NCBI RefSeq assembly: GCF_964204645.1
Contig: NC_134035.1
Location: forward strand, 6,843,101-6,907,100
Direction of reading: 5' to 3'
DNA length: 64,000 nucleotides
Source: Tubulanus polymorphus
Lineage: Eukaryota > Animalia > Nemertea
How positions within the stretch are numbered: position 1 is the stretch's first letter; the number at the start of each line of letters is the position of its first letter. Positions 61,821-64,000 of this stretch are shown in pieces. The notes under the pieces were generated by a model. It was given only the letters and a program-made list of their open reading frames with translations. It was not told the DNA's origin and made no database searches. A program made the translations under genes and the position numbers.

Positions 61821-62755
61821 CCCAGCTAACAAAATAACGTTCAAAGAACGTTTTCTAAAAGTTTTTCACTAACAATTTAACGTTAATATTAACTGAACGT
61901 TACTTAACAACCTCTGCAACCATTGAGCTTGATAAAAACGTTCCAATAACGTTTGTTTGACGTTACATTATAACCATGTTGTCCTCTTTCATGAGCTCGA
62001 ATAAATCCCTTTCAACTTACGTTAATATTTGAATAACTTTACCTAACTTTTATTTTGTAACTACGTATATACATATATAATATCGAAATTATTCACTCGT
62101 TAGTTAGTCCTCCAGTGCACCACCACCAGTCGTCGTCGTTACATTGTAGCTGGCAGCCTTTGTGATTCCTACAATAAAAAGGAAATAATAAAGAAACTTT
62201 TATTTCATAGTTGTGTTACGGTAAGCCTTGAAGTTCATTTCGATCATAAGTCCATACATACAGTGATTGTTATGCTTGTTATTGGAGAACAACAGTTAAG
62301 TCATTTCATTGATATAAAATCCGACGAAAAGGTCTCTAACATGGGTTTCTACATAAAAGATTGTTTCAAAAACATTCTATCGGTATTTTTCCATGTATTG
62401 ATAGTATCAAAATTTATGGATTGAATAACGTACCTTAGTAAATAAACGATTTTTAAATCCCTCAAACACAAGCTCATTGCTGAACAATGGCGAACACTTC
62501 CTGTTTTGATATGTCACGATATCCATAGGTTTCGAATCCTATATTTTGCTTTACTCCCGAAATTTTGAATCTTGCTTTCCAATGGTATTAAAACGTCAAA
62601 ATCCACGTTGGGATTGCTTAAAACAGGCTATATTGATGATATCTAACTTAACTAATAATTTGCTGCAGGCTCTTGGATGACAACGTTTAGAAAACCTTCG
62701 GTAAACGTTATCACACCGTTTCTGAATGTTGTATGAACGTTGTGTGCTAGCTGGG
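61821..62755. mobile_element. Non-autonomous EnSpm/CMC-type element
   Basis: TIRs CCCAGCTA / TAGCTGGG, 2-bp TSD TT, many subterminal AACGTT motifs at both ends. Confidence 0.85.
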
Positions 62756-64000
62756 TTAGCCCTTTACCATCTATGTATCAATTACGTGTAGTAATAGATT
62801 CGTATAGTAATAGATAACGCTACCCACGGAGAAGATTAGTGTTTTACCGCGTGCACACAGACGTGCATCAACAGACCCACATCTTAATTGTCGAATGGTC
62901 ATGCGAACACATGGTGTCACATTTTAAAAATCTTTAAGCTTGGGCCTAAATTGCTTTACTATTAAAAACTAACATGAATGAATCTATTGAAAGCCACATT
63001 CACTCGGTTGCTGAACTTGATTTCAACAGTAACCGGCCGTCCTGGTTTAATATGTACTGCCCTGAAATTTGAAAAACTTATGTAGCATCTTCTGATTTTG
63101 TTTGTCCCGAGTACTTAATTTTCAAGTTTTAGTTGTTTTATGTCATTGCCTCACGAGATCAAAATTGTCAAGTCCAAAATGTCCATAATTAAACTTGCGT
63201 AACTGTCATTCTTCCGCTGGTGAATATTGTTTTCCTGTTCCACTTGGTCAATCGTAAGACTAGCTATAGGCCCTCAGGGTACAGCTAGCAGTTGGCCTTA
63301 AGAAGGTTCAGTCTGTGAACAGCTTCAAGACACTCATGTTGAATCATGGATGTGAAGCATGTACCCAATGGACTGCATGGTCATTGGCCTATGCCATGGG
63401 TTCTTGGCGATTGTGCCAAGAGCAGACTATATCCGGTGGCCATGGTAAGTATATTTTCTGACGTTTTACCTTGATAGTATGGATTAAAGATGCACCGCAT
63501 CAACGCAGTTACTTCCATTCACTTTTCAAGTTCTCAGTCAATACCGAAACCCATCATGGAAAGTTTCTTTCTGGTTAGGACGTTGTGGTAACACGACGTC
63601 CTGTTGAAATGGTGTAAGTTAGTGTTGTAAAAGTACAACAAGTCAATACGTGGCCATGATATGTAGTTTATTTTAACTCTAGATGGTAGCACCTGCCAGT
63701 ACAAACAAATACATTACATCCTCCTTCTTAAGTATTAAGAATATACCGAATGCTAACTTGTATGAACCAGTAAAAGTTATACCTCTTATCTAACCTAAGA
63801 CCAATTACTACAACAAGTAACTCAAGTTTGAGTTTTTTTGTGTTAAACATTTTAAAACAATAACCCAAAAGGACAGAAAACCATTTCTGTTCTAATCTAA
63901 CATGCACAAATTTCTAACAGGCACAAATGAGTATATCAACATCGAATAATGCAAATTGATATGGTAGTTAATGTTAGTCATCAATGTATATTATTGCAAT

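Noticed and set aside
1-64000. Fanzor/TnpB-like RNA-guided nuclease, Helitron Rep/helicase or viral genes
   Set aside because: No RuvC, HUH/helicase or capsid motifs were recognisable in the ORF track or in my hand translations.

Overview
Eukaryotic, AT-rich, intron-rich animal DNA (probably a marine invertebrate; inference) that is mostly nested transposable elements. One host gene is visible: seven phase-compatible + strand exons of a GH35 beta-galactosidase (GLB1L2/3-like) between 32728 and 60856, with both ends apparently outside the window. Elements with resolved ends: a degenerate piggyBac (3589-6412, TTAA), an apparently intact 11.95-kb EnSpm/CMC-type DNA transposon (17357-29306, 2-bp TSD) inserted into a splice donor of a degenerate hAT5-type element, a full-length Gypsy (37190-41759, 5-bp TSD) and a structurally complete DIRS1-type tyrosine-recombinase retrotransposon (50165-56145). 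There are also BEL/Pao, Gypsy, Academ-like and second EnSpm relics, many Helentron-type non-autonomous elements, MITEs and SINEs. The most notable observation is the architecture of the intact EnSpm element. Its single-exon transposase lies inside intron 1 of a predicted 10-exon, 402-aa DUF4806-like accessory gene. A 13-codon leader exon can splice either in frame to the accessory gene or onto an immediate TAA 13 nt upstream of the transposase ATG. One accessory exon also has a near-perfect inverted copy about 700 nt away, able to form a ~200-bp RNA hairpin. All family assignments are by motif recognition, not database search.
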